Assembly (NCBI GenBank): GCA_030599585.1
Contig: JAUVNS010000007.1
Location: forward strand, 209,694-273,693
Direction: 5' to 3'
DNA: 64,000 nt
From: Promethearchaeota archaeon
GTDB taxonomy: Archaea > Asgardarchaeota > Lokiarchaeia > Sigyniarchaeales > SOKP01
A model generated the notes under the pieces. It saw only the letters and a program-made list of their open reading frames with translations. It was not told where the DNA came from and did not search any database. Both the position numbers and the translations under genes were made by a program. Positions 20,323 through 30,487 of this stretch are shown piece after piece. Position 1 is the stretch's first letter; each line of letters starts with the position of its first letter.

Positions 20323-20736
20323 CTATTTTTTCTTATAATTTGCTTCGATTTTCTCTAAATCGTAGGCCACATTTTCTATGAGACCGCCTTCGATGACCTT
20401 ATCTAATCGGTCTATTAAATCCCTTGGAAAAAGATCAATTTTCGACACGCCATTCCTAAAATCTTTAAAATTTTTTGTAACTTCATATTCACTGGTACTT
20501 CTTTTCTCGTCAAACTCATCCATCACGGCTTTCGAAAATAAATCAATAATTTCGTTCATGATTTTTTGTTCAAAATCGTCAACTTCACTGTTAGCGTCCA
20601 GGATCATATGGTCGTATTTTCTGTTTAAACTTTGGATTTCCTCAGCTTTTTTTGCTTCAATCTCATCAATTTTAGGTTGTAACTCCAGTTTTTTAATTTC
20701 TAACTCTTTTAGTTTCGATTCTAATTGTTCGGTCAT
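20323..20736 (-). CDS. Coiled-coil hypothetical protein
   Basis: GAGG RBS before ATG; helical K/E-rich sequence. Confidence 0.7.
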   Translation of the reverse strand: MTEQLESKLKELEIKKLELQPKIDEIEAKKAEEIQSLNRKYDHMILDANSEVDDFEQKIMNEIIDLFSKAVMDEFDEKRSTSEYEVTKNFKDFRNGVSKIDLFPRDLIDRLDKVIEGGLIENVAYDLEKIEANYKKK

Positions 20737-20865
20737 TATATCCTCTAAATAAAGTTGATTGATTAAAAATTTTATTACCTCCCTTAATTTGATATTTGAA
20801 CAAAGATTAAATTATTAGAACAACTTCATCATAAAATAAATTCCATATTATAGTTTTGAAACTCT

Positions 20866-21774
20866 ATGCCTAAGAAAATCAACATCCCAGAACCAGAAGA
20901 AAATCTGAAAATTATCGATGTTCATTGTCATCTACCATTCCCTAGACCTAAAAAAAACGATAGGTTACCTTCTGATGAGCAGCAATATCGAGATTTCTTG
21001 AACAATGGAGGTGTGTACTTAGTAACCAGCTCAATCAACAATAATACTCTTGAATTAATCCTAAATTTTATTAAAGGAAAGGAAAAAATTGGTTTTACGA
21101 TCGGCTGGGCCCCACAAACTGTCACATACACTGCTAAATCCCAATATGATAGAGATTGGAAAATTTGGGTTGAACATGTTCATAATTATAAAGAAAAGTT
21201 TCTGGCAATCGGAGAAATTGGATTGGATTTTCATCACGCTAAGAATCTCGAAAAGCGAGAAAAACAAGTTACGGAACTAAAGAAAATATTCGAGTTAACA
21301 AAGAAGTTTAATAAACCCTATGTTCTTCACGTTAGAAACGCTGCTGAACACGAGTTTGATCGAGACCACCCTAAACATCGATATAATAATAGGGATGGAG
21401 CAACAAAAGAAATTCTCAATATAATCAAAGAATTCAATATAAACCCTCAACAAATTATGTGGCATTGTTTCTCAGGTCCAGGTGAATATGGAATAAGTTT
21501 GCCCAAACAAGGCTACACCTTATCTGTTCCAAGTTCAGCTTATGGGATTAACAAATGGCGAAGAGTCACAAAACAATCTCCATTATCTGCTTTAGTTACG
21601 GAAACAGATAGCTATTATCAGCATCCTTATCTAAGAGGACCTGTAAATGTACCTTTAAATGTAAAATACTCTATAGCAGCAATTGCTCATTCTCACAATA
21701 TATCTCAACAAGAAGTAAGTAGTAAAACTGCTGAGAATGCGATAAAATTCTTCAATTTAAAATTAGATCTCTAA
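20866..21774 (+). CDS. tatD: TatD-family metal-dependent nuclease
   Basis: IIDVHCHL, AIGEIGLDF, LHVR, WHCFSG, ETDS. Confidence 0.88.
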   Translation: MPKKINIPEPEENLKIIDVHCHLPFPRPKKNDRLPSDEQQYRDFLNNGGVYLVTSSINNNTLELILNFIKGKEKIGFTIGWAPQTVTYTAKSQYDRDWKIWVEHVHNYKEKFLAIGEIGLDFHHAKNLEKREKQVTELKKIFELTKKFNKPYVLHVRNAAEHEFDRDHPKHRYNNRDGATKEILNIIKEFNINPQQIMWHCFSGPGEYGISLPKQGYTLSVPSSAYGINKWRRVTKQSPLSALVTETDSYYQHPYLRGPVNVPLNVKYSIAAIAHSHNISQQEVSSKTAENAIKFFNLKLDL

Positions 21775-22004
21775 TTGCTTCTAATTCAAATCTAATTACT
21801 CCATGTAAAGTGATCAGTATTAATATCGAGGATACTTATCCTCTGGATAAATTACCATTTTGGGATGGAAATCTCTCTTTATTCGAAAAGCTTAGGAAGA
21901 AAATTGCTCTCTACTATAAGATGAGCATGCTATAGATTACCTTTCTTTAGCAAAATTCTAAAAACAATAATAATTTCTTATTTTTATACTAAATTTAGAG
22001 TCAA

Positions 22005-22532
22005 GTGGATAAATTGAAGATTTTAATTACTTTTTTTTCAAATACGGGAAATACCGAAAAAGTAGCAAGTAGCATGAAAGACGGCTTAACAGACCACGAT
22101 GTGGACATGATTGCTGTTAAAGATGTTGCCCCAAAAACATTGAACTCATACGATATCGTGTTTTTAGGCTCAGGAGTTTATGCCAGTAGAATTGATAAAT
22201 CAGTCTTAACTCTGGTAAAAAAAGCAGTCCCTGATCTCCCTTCGAAACTTGTGTATTTTTGTACTCATGCGAGTTTAAAGCTATATCAAGAACCATTTAA
22301 ACGAATCAATAATATTGCTAAAGAACATAATTGTGAAATTATTGGCAAATTCGATTGCGTTGGTGAGAATTTAGGCATTCCTTTAGAGACTCAGTTAGGG
22401 ATGTTAGAAAAATTACCGGAAGATCAAAAAGAGAAAGCGATAAAAGATATGGAGAAAATGAAAGGTCGCCCTAATGAATTGGATCTCGAAAACGCTAAGA
22501 ATTTTGCTACTTCTTTGATGAAAAACCTCTAA
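22005..22532 (+). CDS. Flavodoxin-family protein
   Basis: FSNTGNTEKVA FMN loop, YDIVFLGSGVY, FCTH, GRPN-x-x-DLENA. Confidence 0.85.
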   Translation: MDKLKILITFFSNTGNTEKVASSMKDGLTDHDVDMIAVKDVAPKTLNSYDIVFLGSGVYASRIDKSVLTLVKKAVPDLPSKLVYFCTHASLKLYQEPFKRINNIAKEHNCEIIGKFDCVGENLGIPLETQLGMLEKLPEDQKEKAIKDMEKMKGRPNELDLENAKNFATSLMKNL

Positions 22533-22708
22533 ATTCATTTTTTTTAATAAGTTTTTATGAATAATTATCTTAAAATTCTATTTAAGACGCCAAATTTGCA
22601 TTAAAGTTTTTAACATCAGAGATACTTATAAAAATCAGTCTAAATTTCATTTAAATATAATCCAAAAATTTTCATTGTAAAGCAATTAAAAAAAAAAAAA
22701 AAATAATT

Positions 22709-23812
22709 GTGAAAAAAATGAGAAATTATAAAATTGCACTCATTATTTCAGTTGCTCTAATTGTTGGTGGTGGTTTAGGATTCTTTATCTACGGTTTCGT
22801 AGCTTCAGAGAGTATCGAAAACTCGTTTAATTTTACGTACGAGCCAAGTTCTCCCGATCCGATAGAAGAACTTACTTTCAATGTTGACATTGGAAAAATT
22901 CTCTTTGCGTATAATACTACTCCAATTACATCTTATGCTAAAATCGATGTAGACATAGAAGTTGCAGGTTTGTATATGGAAGGAAAGACCTATACGGATT
23001 TCTTTCATCCAAGTACAGAATGGTGGGATAATACGACCGGTACCTTTAATCTTCAAGCTCTACCAGATGCCTGGTACAATCCATCGCATTGGTTTAAATC
23101 GTATAACATTACAATAGCTGTTACTTTAAGAACAGACGTAGTATACGAGCTCACCGCCTTAACTGCTGTAGGGTCTATTGAAATGCTAGTTTCCGATGAT
23201 GTCATCCTAAATGGAACCTCATTAACTTCAAGCACGGGCTCAATCAAATTAACCACATTAGGGAACAACGAATTCCAAGGAAAAGTTAGACTTGAGAGTA
23301 GCACGGGTAGCGTAGAATCTTCTGCTGCTAAAACCAATTTTACTCGCGGTTTTCAAGCATTAACATCAACGGGCTCTTTATCGTTAAACTATACAAACTG
23401 TTTAATGGGGGATAACTTAATAGGCACAGTTTCCACGGGCAGTGTGACCTTTAAGAGTTACAATATGGTATACACGAAAGATATTAGTTTAAATTTAAAA
23501 ACGTCGACAGGTAGTATCGATGCGGAACTTTATCAGCATATATCTATGGGCGCAAATGTGTCCGGTAGTTGGGAAACTTCCACAGGAAGCGTTGATGTGC
23601 TTTATAGAGATAATTTAGTTAACACCAATGTTAGATTTGTTGGTTCAATCAGTACAGGATCAATTAATTACACGCCTCACGCAACTATGGAGATCACAGA
23701 ACCAGGAAACAATTTTTACTCCACTTTAAACTACGGGGATGCGATTTACAGGTATGTATTTTCACTGGACACATCAACTGGTAGTATCAATGCTAATGCT
23801 CAAAGCGCTTAA
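22709..23812 (+). CDS. Membrane-anchored beta-strand repeat protein (DUF4097/adhesin-like)
   Basis: N-terminal TM/signal anchor; about nine repeats of (T/S)-S-T-G-S-(I/V/L). Confidence 0.7.
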   Translation: MKKMRNYKIALIISVALIVGGGLGFFIYGFVASESIENSFNFTYEPSSPDPIEELTFNVDIGKILFAYNTTPITSYAKIDVDIEVAGLYMEGKTYTDFFHPSTEWWDNTTGTFNLQALPDAWYNPSHWFKSYNITIAVTLRTDVVYELTALTAVGSIEMLVSDDVILNGTSLTSSTGSIKLTTLGNNEFQGKVRLESSTGSVESSAAKTNFTRGFQALTSTGSLSLNYTNCLMGDNLIGTVSTGSVTFKSYNMVYTKDISLNLKTSTGSIDAELYQHISMGANVSGSWETSTGSVDVLYRDNLVNTNVRFVGSISTGSINYTPHATMEITEPGNNFYSTLNYGDAIYRYVFSLDTSTGSINANAQSA

Positions 23813-24117
23813 TCGATAATTTTTTTTAAATTTAAATCTCTTTTTTATTTTTATTTTGTATATTTTTATTATTGCCTTTAGTTTGTGCTTTTCAATCGTG
23901 GTAATTTTAGGATTAATCTACTACAACATTCGTGAAAAGAAAAGATCGTAATCTTATGATTCACAACCAGATATGTGAATGATAATTCATTTCAAAATAG
24001 TAATTAGGAAATGCTTATTAATAAGAACAAACTAATTCTTATTCGTTAAATTTACAATTTTTACGAAAAAAGTTTAACTACAAGCGAGAAAATAGATTCA
24101 TCTTAAAATGTGATAAT

Positions 24118-24918
24118 ATGGCAGATATCTATATTATACGAGGTGGTTTCTTCGGGTGGGAATTTACGATTAAACTCCTCTATGTTATTTTTGGACTTAT
24201 TCTTTGTATTTATGATTGGAAGAAGAATAAAAGAAAGGATTATTTCTGGGTATTACTATTTGGGACAATGTTGTACATTGGATCTGAAATAATGTTATTT
24301 TTATTTGGAGGGCGCGTTATGCAAGAAAAATTTTTATTCGGGATAAATATCACTTCAATGCACTGGCTAACAATTCCCTTAATGGCTGTGGGAGATGTCG
24401 TAGTAGTAGCGGTTATCACTCTATTTTTCGCCGATAGATTAAGAAATCGCGAAACACGCAAAAAGTGGGGTATCATTTTCATATTATGGATAGTTTGTAG
24501 AGATGTAATACCCTATGTAATTCTATTTGGTTTGGGTCATAGCTTTGCCACGATTTCTATTGGGGACCCTCTTATTCCATCCAGAAGAAATATGACAGAA
24601 ACGGGTACCATAATTGCCTTATCAACTCTAGTAGTGATAGGACTAATTTGGCTCTTCAGAACGGATAAGAAATCAAGAAAGCGAGGATTATATATGATTG
24701 GAGTAACAATCATTTATATGGCTGCATGGACAATTGGAGAATGGTTCGCAGGTCAAAGATGGATCGAATTTGGACCAGAAGGTGGTCCTTGGGAACTCGC
24801 TACTCCTCTTCTACAATTTGGGATGTTGATGTATGATATCGTAATTGAAATGGGGCTTTTTACACTATGTTTTCTTGCGATTCCCTCTCTTTTAAAATTA
24901 ATAAAGAAACAAGATTAA
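24118..24918 (+). CDS. Integral membrane protein (~7 TM), unknown function
   Basis: Multiple hydrophobic segments with intramembrane Glu/Asp residues. Confidence 0.7.
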   Translation: MADIYIIRGGFFGWEFTIKLLYVIFGLILCIYDWKKNKRKDYFWVLLFGTMLYIGSEIMLFLFGGRVMQEKFLFGINITSMHWLTIPLMAVGDVVVVAVITLFFADRLRNRETRKKWGIIFILWIVCRDVIPYVILFGLGHSFATISIGDPLIPSRRNMTETGTIIALSTLVVIGLIWLFRTDKKSRKRGLYMIGVTIIYMAAWTIGEWFAGQRWIEFGPEGGPWELATPLLQFGMLMYDIVIEMGLFTLCFLAIPSLLKLIKKQD

Positions 24919-24958
24919 CTTTACATAAAATTATAAAATTTTTATAGAGGAATAAAAA

Positions 24959-26197
24959 ATGAAAAAACGATTGTATTCACTTGATATTTTCCGCGGACTT
25001 GCTATTATGATGGTAGTGATCTTTCATAGATTCATGTACGATTGGCCAGGTTCAGATTTTTTCTTTACGAATCCAGCGGGATTTCTTGAAATTCCATGGT
25101 TCACTGCGATAATGTTTTTTGCAGGAATGGGTGGCATATTTTCAATAATTAGTGGTGTAGTTACAGGGTATTCAACTCATAATAGAATAACTTCTGGGAA
25201 GGGCAATAAAAAAATGATATTCTATGCAGGGCTTTTCTCTTTTTTATGGTTAATTGTGGTAGACTACATACGGAAATTTCTTTTCAGCACAAAGAGTTAT
25301 TTTGAAGGTGATTTTTTATTTGGACTAGTAACAGGGACACTTCTTGAAGGCACCCTAGTTGTTCCACAATTAGAATTACTATATTATACCAGCACATTGG
25401 CCATAATTGGTCTTTCTGGATTCATAGTTCCGGCATTAATGATTTTATTATCTCGAAAAGGTGGGATTGAAAAAGTTCGTCGCACTAAGTTTATTTTTGG
25501 AACTCTCGCCGCAGTTATTCTCGTTGCAACACCATTCTTATCAATTATACTCGATCCAATTGTGGTGGACTTATTTGTTAGTGGTAATTATTTATTAGGC
25601 TTCTTACTCGCACTACTTGTTTCACCTTATTTCCCTATTTTCCCAATCGTTGCTTATGCTTTACTCGGTGGAATAATAGGAATTTCTTTAGCTAGGGACG
25701 AGAAAAAGCGTAATATTACGATTATATGGTTAGTATTTGGATTTGCTCTGTTAAGTATTGGAAATTACATCCTGTTATCGGCTCTCATTCGCTTCAGTTT
25801 TTATAACTATAATTTCGTGAGATTTATGCAATTAGGAGTCTATATCATGATTATTATCGTTTTGCTTCGGTTGGTAGACCTTAGATCAGAAGAAAAGCAA
25901 GAGAAGATCGCAAAAAAATTCAGCCCCGTTATAATGTTCGGAAGAGTATCTCTAACGATCTTCGTTTTTGAAGCGTTCTTAGCTACTATATTTCATGTGA
26001 TTCTGAACCTGATTATTCCCGGATGGAACACTGAGCCTCTTGTTGTACTTATATTTGGCATCTTTAACTTAGCCGTATGGTGGATAATATTACACTTTTG
26101 GCAGAAGAAAGATTTTAAAGGTTCTATCGAATGGATGGGGGGTTATATTATTAGGAAACTCTCCAGTTTCGGTAGAAAGGAAGAAGAAGATAGGTAA
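24959..26197 (+). CDS. Membrane acyltransferase-like protein (HGSNAT/DUF1624 N-terminus, DUF418-like C-terminus)
   Basis: R-L-x-S-L-D-I-F-R-G-L-A-I-M-M-V-V-I-F-H, FPIFP, GRVSLTIF, KGSIEW. Confidence 0.75.
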   Translation: MKKRLYSLDIFRGLAIMMVVIFHRFMYDWPGSDFFFTNPAGFLEIPWFTAIMFFAGMGGIFSIISGVVTGYSTHNRITSGKGNKKMIFYAGLFSFLWLIVVDYIRKFLFSTKSYFEGDFLFGLVTGTLLEGTLVVPQLELLYYTSTLAIIGLSGFIVPALMILLSRKGGIEKVRRTKFIFGTLAAVILVATPFLSIILDPIVVDLFVSGNYLLGFLLALLVSPYFPIFPIVAYALLGGIIGISLARDEKKRNITIIWLVFGFALLSIGNYILLSALIRFSFYNYNFVRFMQLGVYIMIIIVLLRLVDLRSEEKQEKIAKKFSPVIMFGRVSLTIFVFEAFLATIFHVILNLIIPGWNTEPLVVLIFGIFNLAVWWIILHFWQKKDFKGSIEWMGGYIIRKLSSFGRKEEEDR

Positions 26198-26260
26198 TTC
26201 CATAAATCAATATTTTTTTTTTACGATTTAAATTAATTTATCAATAATTGAGGAAACAAT

Positions 26261-26479
26261 ATGGTAAATGTAAAAAGATGGGAAGATGGCGATAACTGGG
26301 TAGAAGTTGATCTGGATCGCTGCGTAGGAGCATCGAATTGTGTCAGCGTTTGCCCTGCAGAGGTATATAGCCTTGTAAACGGCAAAGTTGTTGCCGAAGA
26401 TATTATTGATTGTATTGAATGCCTAGCTTGCCAAGATGCATGCCCTACTAATGCAATACTAAAACATTTTGCGTGGTAA
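26261..26479 (+). CDS. 2x[4Fe-4S] ferredoxin
   Basis: CVGASNCVSVCP (second Cys missing, possibly 3Fe-4S) and CIECLACQDACP; GAGG RBS. Confidence 0.88.
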   Translation: MVNVKRWEDGDNWVEVDLDRCVGASNCVSVCPAEVYSLVNGKVVAEDIIDCIECLACQDACPTNAILKHFAW

Positions 26480-26571
26480 TGGATATTTGAACTCATTTTT
26501 TACGATTATCTGATAAAATCTTCTCAGAAAATAACAATAATAAAAAAAAAACAAGAAAAGAAGATGTAAAT

Positions 26572-27072
26572 TTATAATTTTGTTCCGCAATACGAGCAAA
26601 ATACTGCCGATTCTTTAACCTTGGCAGTTCCACAATTAGGACAATAAACTACTTTCCCTTCTGAAACTTCTCCTTGGGATTTTTTAATAATTTCTGCGTG
26701 CTTCAACTGTCCTGTCGTGGAAGAAAATTTGCCGCGCAATGAACCGTCTCCTTTTAAATCTAATACTATAGCTTGTACGTCTCTTACGGTAATTCCCGTG
26801 TTTTGACTAATTTTTTCGATGGTTGCTTCCGGATGTTCTTCATATTCGTATAAAACTGCGTTTCTTAACTTACTTTTATTCGCCAACGCTGCGATCTGTC
26901 CTATTATTATTGCTGCCGCAATACCAAGCCAAACAAACCCCCACCAATTTATCCCAGAGCCAACCCAGATGGGTACAAATATGTCGTTTACTCCCAAATA
27001 AATTAAAATACCTGCTATAATAAAAGAGCAAATGCTAACTCCTTCAGAATATTGATTTCTTTTATATTTCAT
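26572..27072 (-). CDS. 2-TM protein with PCI-like winged helix and C-terminal Zn ribbon
   Basis: Two TMs; TIEKISQNTGITVRDVQAIVLDLKGDGSLRGKFSSTTGQL; CPNCG...CSYCG. Confidence 0.65.
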   Translation of the reverse strand: MKYKRNQYSEGVSICSFIIAGILIYLGVNDIFVPIWVGSGINWWGFVWLGIAAAIIIGQIAALANKSKLRNAVLYEYEEHPEATIEKISQNTGITVRDVQAIVLDLKGDGSLRGKFSSTTGQLKHAEIIKKSQGEVSEGKVVYCPNCGTAKVKESAVFCSYCGTKL

Positions 27073-27301
27073 CCTTTTCTCACTCTAAATGTTGTCAATT
27101 CAAGTGTTAGGGTATATTAGAATTTCACTCAATTTAAATGTATACGCAATTATTACATCGAAACTACTTGTAAGGCTTGTTCTGAATGATTATTCCCTAA
27201 AGGTAAAAGAGAAATCTTCAGGAAATATCAAAAGAAGATATGGTATTACTTTAATTTTAGATTATTAGAGAGCTTCCCTATAGTTTTGCCTGCTATTTAA
27301 A

Positions 27302-28480
27302 TCAGTTTAAAATATTAATTTCAATCTGATCCAAAATTTCCATTAAATCCAATACTTGGAAATCGAAATTATAGTGTGCCGTAGCGTCAGCTAAATTTGT
27401 CTTACAAAAAGGACAAGTTGATGTTATAATTGTTGCTCCAGTTTCTTGTGCTTCTTCTAAGCGCTCTTTAGAAATCTCTATCGCCCAATCAGGATATCCA
27501 ATTTTCACTCCGCCCCCTGCACCACAACACCACGCAAAATTTCGATTTCTTTTCATTTCTACTAAATTTAATCCGGGTATCTGCTTGTAAATCTCTCTTG
27601 GTAACTCATAAACCCCCATATGCCGTCCAAGATGGCACGGATCGTGGTAGGTAACGGTTTTATTATATTCCGATTTAAATTCTATCTTTTTCTCGTCTAA
27701 GAGGTTCTTCACTAATTCGAGCGAATGATAGATTTCAAATTCTAAACCGTTTCCAAACCTCTCGAAATCTTTCGATAGAGTCTTATAACATCCTGCGCAT
27801 GAGGTGATTACTTTAGTCGCACCAGTTTTTTTTATTTGATCGATGTTATATTTCATATATTCATCAACAATGCTCAATTGGCCTGTTCTAATCATAGGAC
27901 TTGTACAGCAATGTTCGTCGATTAATGTAAAATCAATACCCGCTTTTTTCAAAAACCTCAGAGTAGAATCTCTTAGGCTGGTTTGCCTGTAATTTGAAGT
28001 ACATCCTATAAAATAGACCCACTCGGCTTTATCCGGTAGGTCGTACTCTTTTTTCAATTCTGCATTATCTGAATTTGGATCACCATAAGGGTTACAACTG
28101 TCCTCGCATCGGGTAACTAAGAATTTTTGGTTTTCTGCAGGCCCAATGTTTTTTACAGCTAATTCTCTCAGTGCTTCTATCATTTCAACAATATAATCGG
28201 CGTGAGGTGCTTGGCAAGAGTCCATACACGCGCCACAAGTTGTACACGCAAAAATTGGATCTATCAAATCCTTCGTCCATTCCAAATCGCCGTTTAGAAC
28301 ACCTCGTATTATTCTGATCCGACCTGATGCCCAATACGATTCGAATAGGAATTTTTCTCCACTTGGGCAAATCTTCTCGAAGTCCTTGTAGCTATACTTA
28401 CAAGTACTACACTTGATACAGCGATCAAATGCCATTTCCAAAACTTCTTTTCCAATTAAACTCTCATCAATTTCAACCAT
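27302..28480 (-). CDS. Fe-S oxidoreductase, HdrD/GlcF-like (2x4Fe-4S + two CCG domains)
   Basis: CIKCSTC...CPS, CTTCGACMDSC, YFIGC, EHCC, CAGC, YHDPCHLGR, CCGAGGG, CPFC. Confidence 0.9.
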   Translation of the reverse strand: MVEIDESLIGKEVLEMAFDRCIKCSTCKYSYKDFEKICPSGEKFLFESYWASGRIRIIRGVLNGDLEWTKDLIDPIFACTTCGACMDSCQAPHADYIVEMIEALRELAVKNIGPAENQKFLVTRCEDSCNPYGDPNSDNAELKKEYDLPDKAEWVYFIGCTSNYRQTSLRDSTLRFLKKAGIDFTLIDEHCCTSPMIRTGQLSIVDEYMKYNIDQIKKTGATKVITSCAGCYKTLSKDFERFGNGLEFEIYHSLELVKNLLDEKKIEFKSEYNKTVTYHDPCHLGRHMGVYELPREIYKQIPGLNLVEMKRNRNFAWCCGAGGGVKIGYPDWAIEISKERLEEAQETGATIITSTCPFCKTNLADATAHYNFDFQVLDLMEILDQIEINILN

Positions 28481-29956
28481 TTATGTGTTCCACCTTCCTG
28501 GATTAAATATATTATTAGGATCCATACAATGTTTTATCTTTTCAAAAAGACTAATCCATCCGGGATTGATTTTCTTACGCAATTTGGCAGTCAACCATGA
28601 TGGAGTTTTATAAGGTATACACCCTAAGTCTATACAAACATCAGCAATTTCTTCTAATAACTTTACGATTTTGTCTTGATCAGTAAATTTTTTGAACCGA
28701 AATATAGGTCTAAATATACCATAATGACCTCCTTTCATAATCTTAAGATAATTAAATGGGGGTACCCCATGCTTATGATATAACGCATCTGTTTTCTCAA
28801 TTAATTCTTCAAATTTATGAGAGGGCGCATAGGCGCCAAACCATGTCAAGCCACTGTATTCGTGGAGGGAAAGAATCTGTGATGGTAAGTTGTAAATATT
28901 GAGAGCTTTTAGACCAAAAAGCTTAGCAAACTCGCTATAATTAATTAAATGAATATTTGTTCCTCCTTTATTCAATTTTTCAACTATATCGTTAAGAATT
29001 TCTAATTTAGCATTCATTTGGTTTTCAGTTTTAGCGGACATCGGGATTACAGCAGTGTAATAAGGTTCTCCAGGATATCTTACTGGTTCTGGTATCCCAA
29101 CCTCCATTTTAGCAACTTCTACTGAAAATGCAGCAACATCGTTGACAATATCTGCTCTTCCGACTTCTCTCAAAAATGGTCCTAAATCAGTTAACCCAAA
29201 AAAGACAACGAGCTGTGGTTTTTCAATAGGTTCTTTTGGCCACAATTGAACGGCGCATTTGGTTACCAAGCCGGTCATGCCTTGGAAATTTACAAATAAT
29301 CCCATAAGGTCAGGCATCGGGTATCTACTCCACCAAGAATCATCATCTGCTTTATCATTCCCGTAGAAGCATGATCCAATTCGAGTTACAGTTCCATCAA
29401 CGGTTATAACCTCAAGACCATTTATAGAATCTGCCATTGAGCCAATTTTTGCACCCAAGTTTGTCATACCGCTTAATAAAGCGTTTCCAACTACGCCTGA
29501 GTAAGGGGGTGCGTTTGGGAAACTGTATCTTAGACTTGGGAAATTCTCATCTAAGTGTTTTTTAAGTTGACCAAAGGTAACACCGGGTTCTAAGAGTGCG
29601 TACATCATGTTATCATCTACATGTAAAATTCTATTCATCCTTTTTCCAAAATCTACAACAATACCTCCATAATCAGGGATTGTGAGCCCTCCTACATTGT
29701 TTCCCGTGGTATATGGAACTATTGGAATCGAATATTCGTTACAAAACTTAACAAGTTCCACTAACTGCTCTTTATTTTCAGGAATAACCACAAAATCGGG
29801 CATGTGGGGTTTGTTCTCTGTCATGTCTTGAGAATACGGATACAAGTCAACATCTTTTTTAGTAACATAAGTGCCACCAAAAATCTCGATCAATTTAGAA
29901 TAAACACTATCTTTTGAAATCTTTTCAAATACATTTCTCTGTTTTGTTGCTGTCAT
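28481..29956 (-). CDS. FAD-binding oxidoreductase (VAO/PCMH-GlcD superfamily)
   Basis: PDFVVIPEN, GNNVGG, EPGVTF, GLEVI-x-x-DG, GMTGLVTK, DPNNIFNPG. Confidence 0.88.
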   Translation of the reverse strand: MTATKQRNVFEKISKDSVYSKLIEIFGGTYVTKKDVDLYPYSQDMTENKPHMPDFVVIPENKEQLVELVKFCNEYSIPIVPYTTGNNVGGLTIPDYGGIVVDFGKRMNRILHVDDNMMYALLEPGVTFGQLKKHLDENFPSLRYSFPNAPPYSGVVGNALLSGMTNLGAKIGSMADSINGLEVITVDGTVTRIGSCFYGNDKADDDSWWSRYPMPDLMGLFVNFQGMTGLVTKCAVQLWPKEPIEKPQLVVFFGLTDLGPFLREVGRADIVNDVAAFSVEVAKMEVGIPEPVRYPGEPYYTAVIPMSAKTENQMNAKLEILNDIVEKLNKGGTNIHLINYSEFAKLFGLKALNIYNLPSQILSLHEYSGLTWFGAYAPSHKFEELIEKTDALYHKHGVPPFNYLKIMKGGHYGIFRPIFRFKKFTDQDKIVKLLEEIADVCIDLGCIPYKTPSWLTAKLRKKINPGWISLFEKIKHCMDPNNIFNPGRWNT

Positions 29957-29966
29957 TAGAGTAATA

Positions 29967-30395
29967 TCACCTAGTATCCTTATTTACTTCATAATAATTC
30001 ACATTTGGGTCTTGCGCGATCATCTGCATAGAGACAACAAAAATATTATAAAACCGCATTATTTTTCCGCTGTCTTCGCCTAAACCTTCAATTTCCATTT
30101 TCCCTTCTTCTATTGCAAAAAAAGGATTTAATCTATCGTTAGCGATCTCTAGCATGGTGTTGATATGGATTTTAACCTTCATGTCTGGTTCCGGATATTC
30201 TTTTCTTTCAAACCTTATATCGTTGCCGTCGAAGACTACTGTCACGGGATAGAATGGCTCGATGTGAAGCACGATTTTTGCATTCCAATCTTTCGCATGT
30301 TTTATGAATTTCCTATCGTCCTTCCTTGAATTGAAAACATTATATAACGATAAGGATATTAAATCGTCCGGGAATTCTATATTAAGCATGTTCAT
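29967..30395 (-). CDS. SCP2-domain lipid-binding protein
   Basis: P-D-x-K-V-K-I...L-N-P-x-x-A-x-x-x-G-K-M-E-I-E-G SCP2 signature. Confidence 0.7.
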   Translation of the reverse strand: MNMLNIEFPDDLISLSLYNVFNSRKDDRKFIKHAKDWNAKIVLHIEPFYPVTVVFDGNDIRFERKEYPEPDMKVKIHINTMLEIANDRLNPFFAIEEGKMEIEGLGEDSGKIMRFYNIFVVSMQMIAQDPNVNYYEVNKDTR

Positions 30396-30487
30396 TCTCT
30401 CTTATTTGTTTATTCAAATCAAATCAATTATTCTTTCAATTTATTAAAGAAAATAAAAATATAGTTATTTTTAGTTTATACTTGGTC

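Noticed and set aside
19507-20752. Antisense ORFs 19507-19944(-) and 20378-20752(+)
   Set aside because: Ser/Phe/Leu-rich shadows of the K/E-rich coiled-coil genes on the opposite strand.
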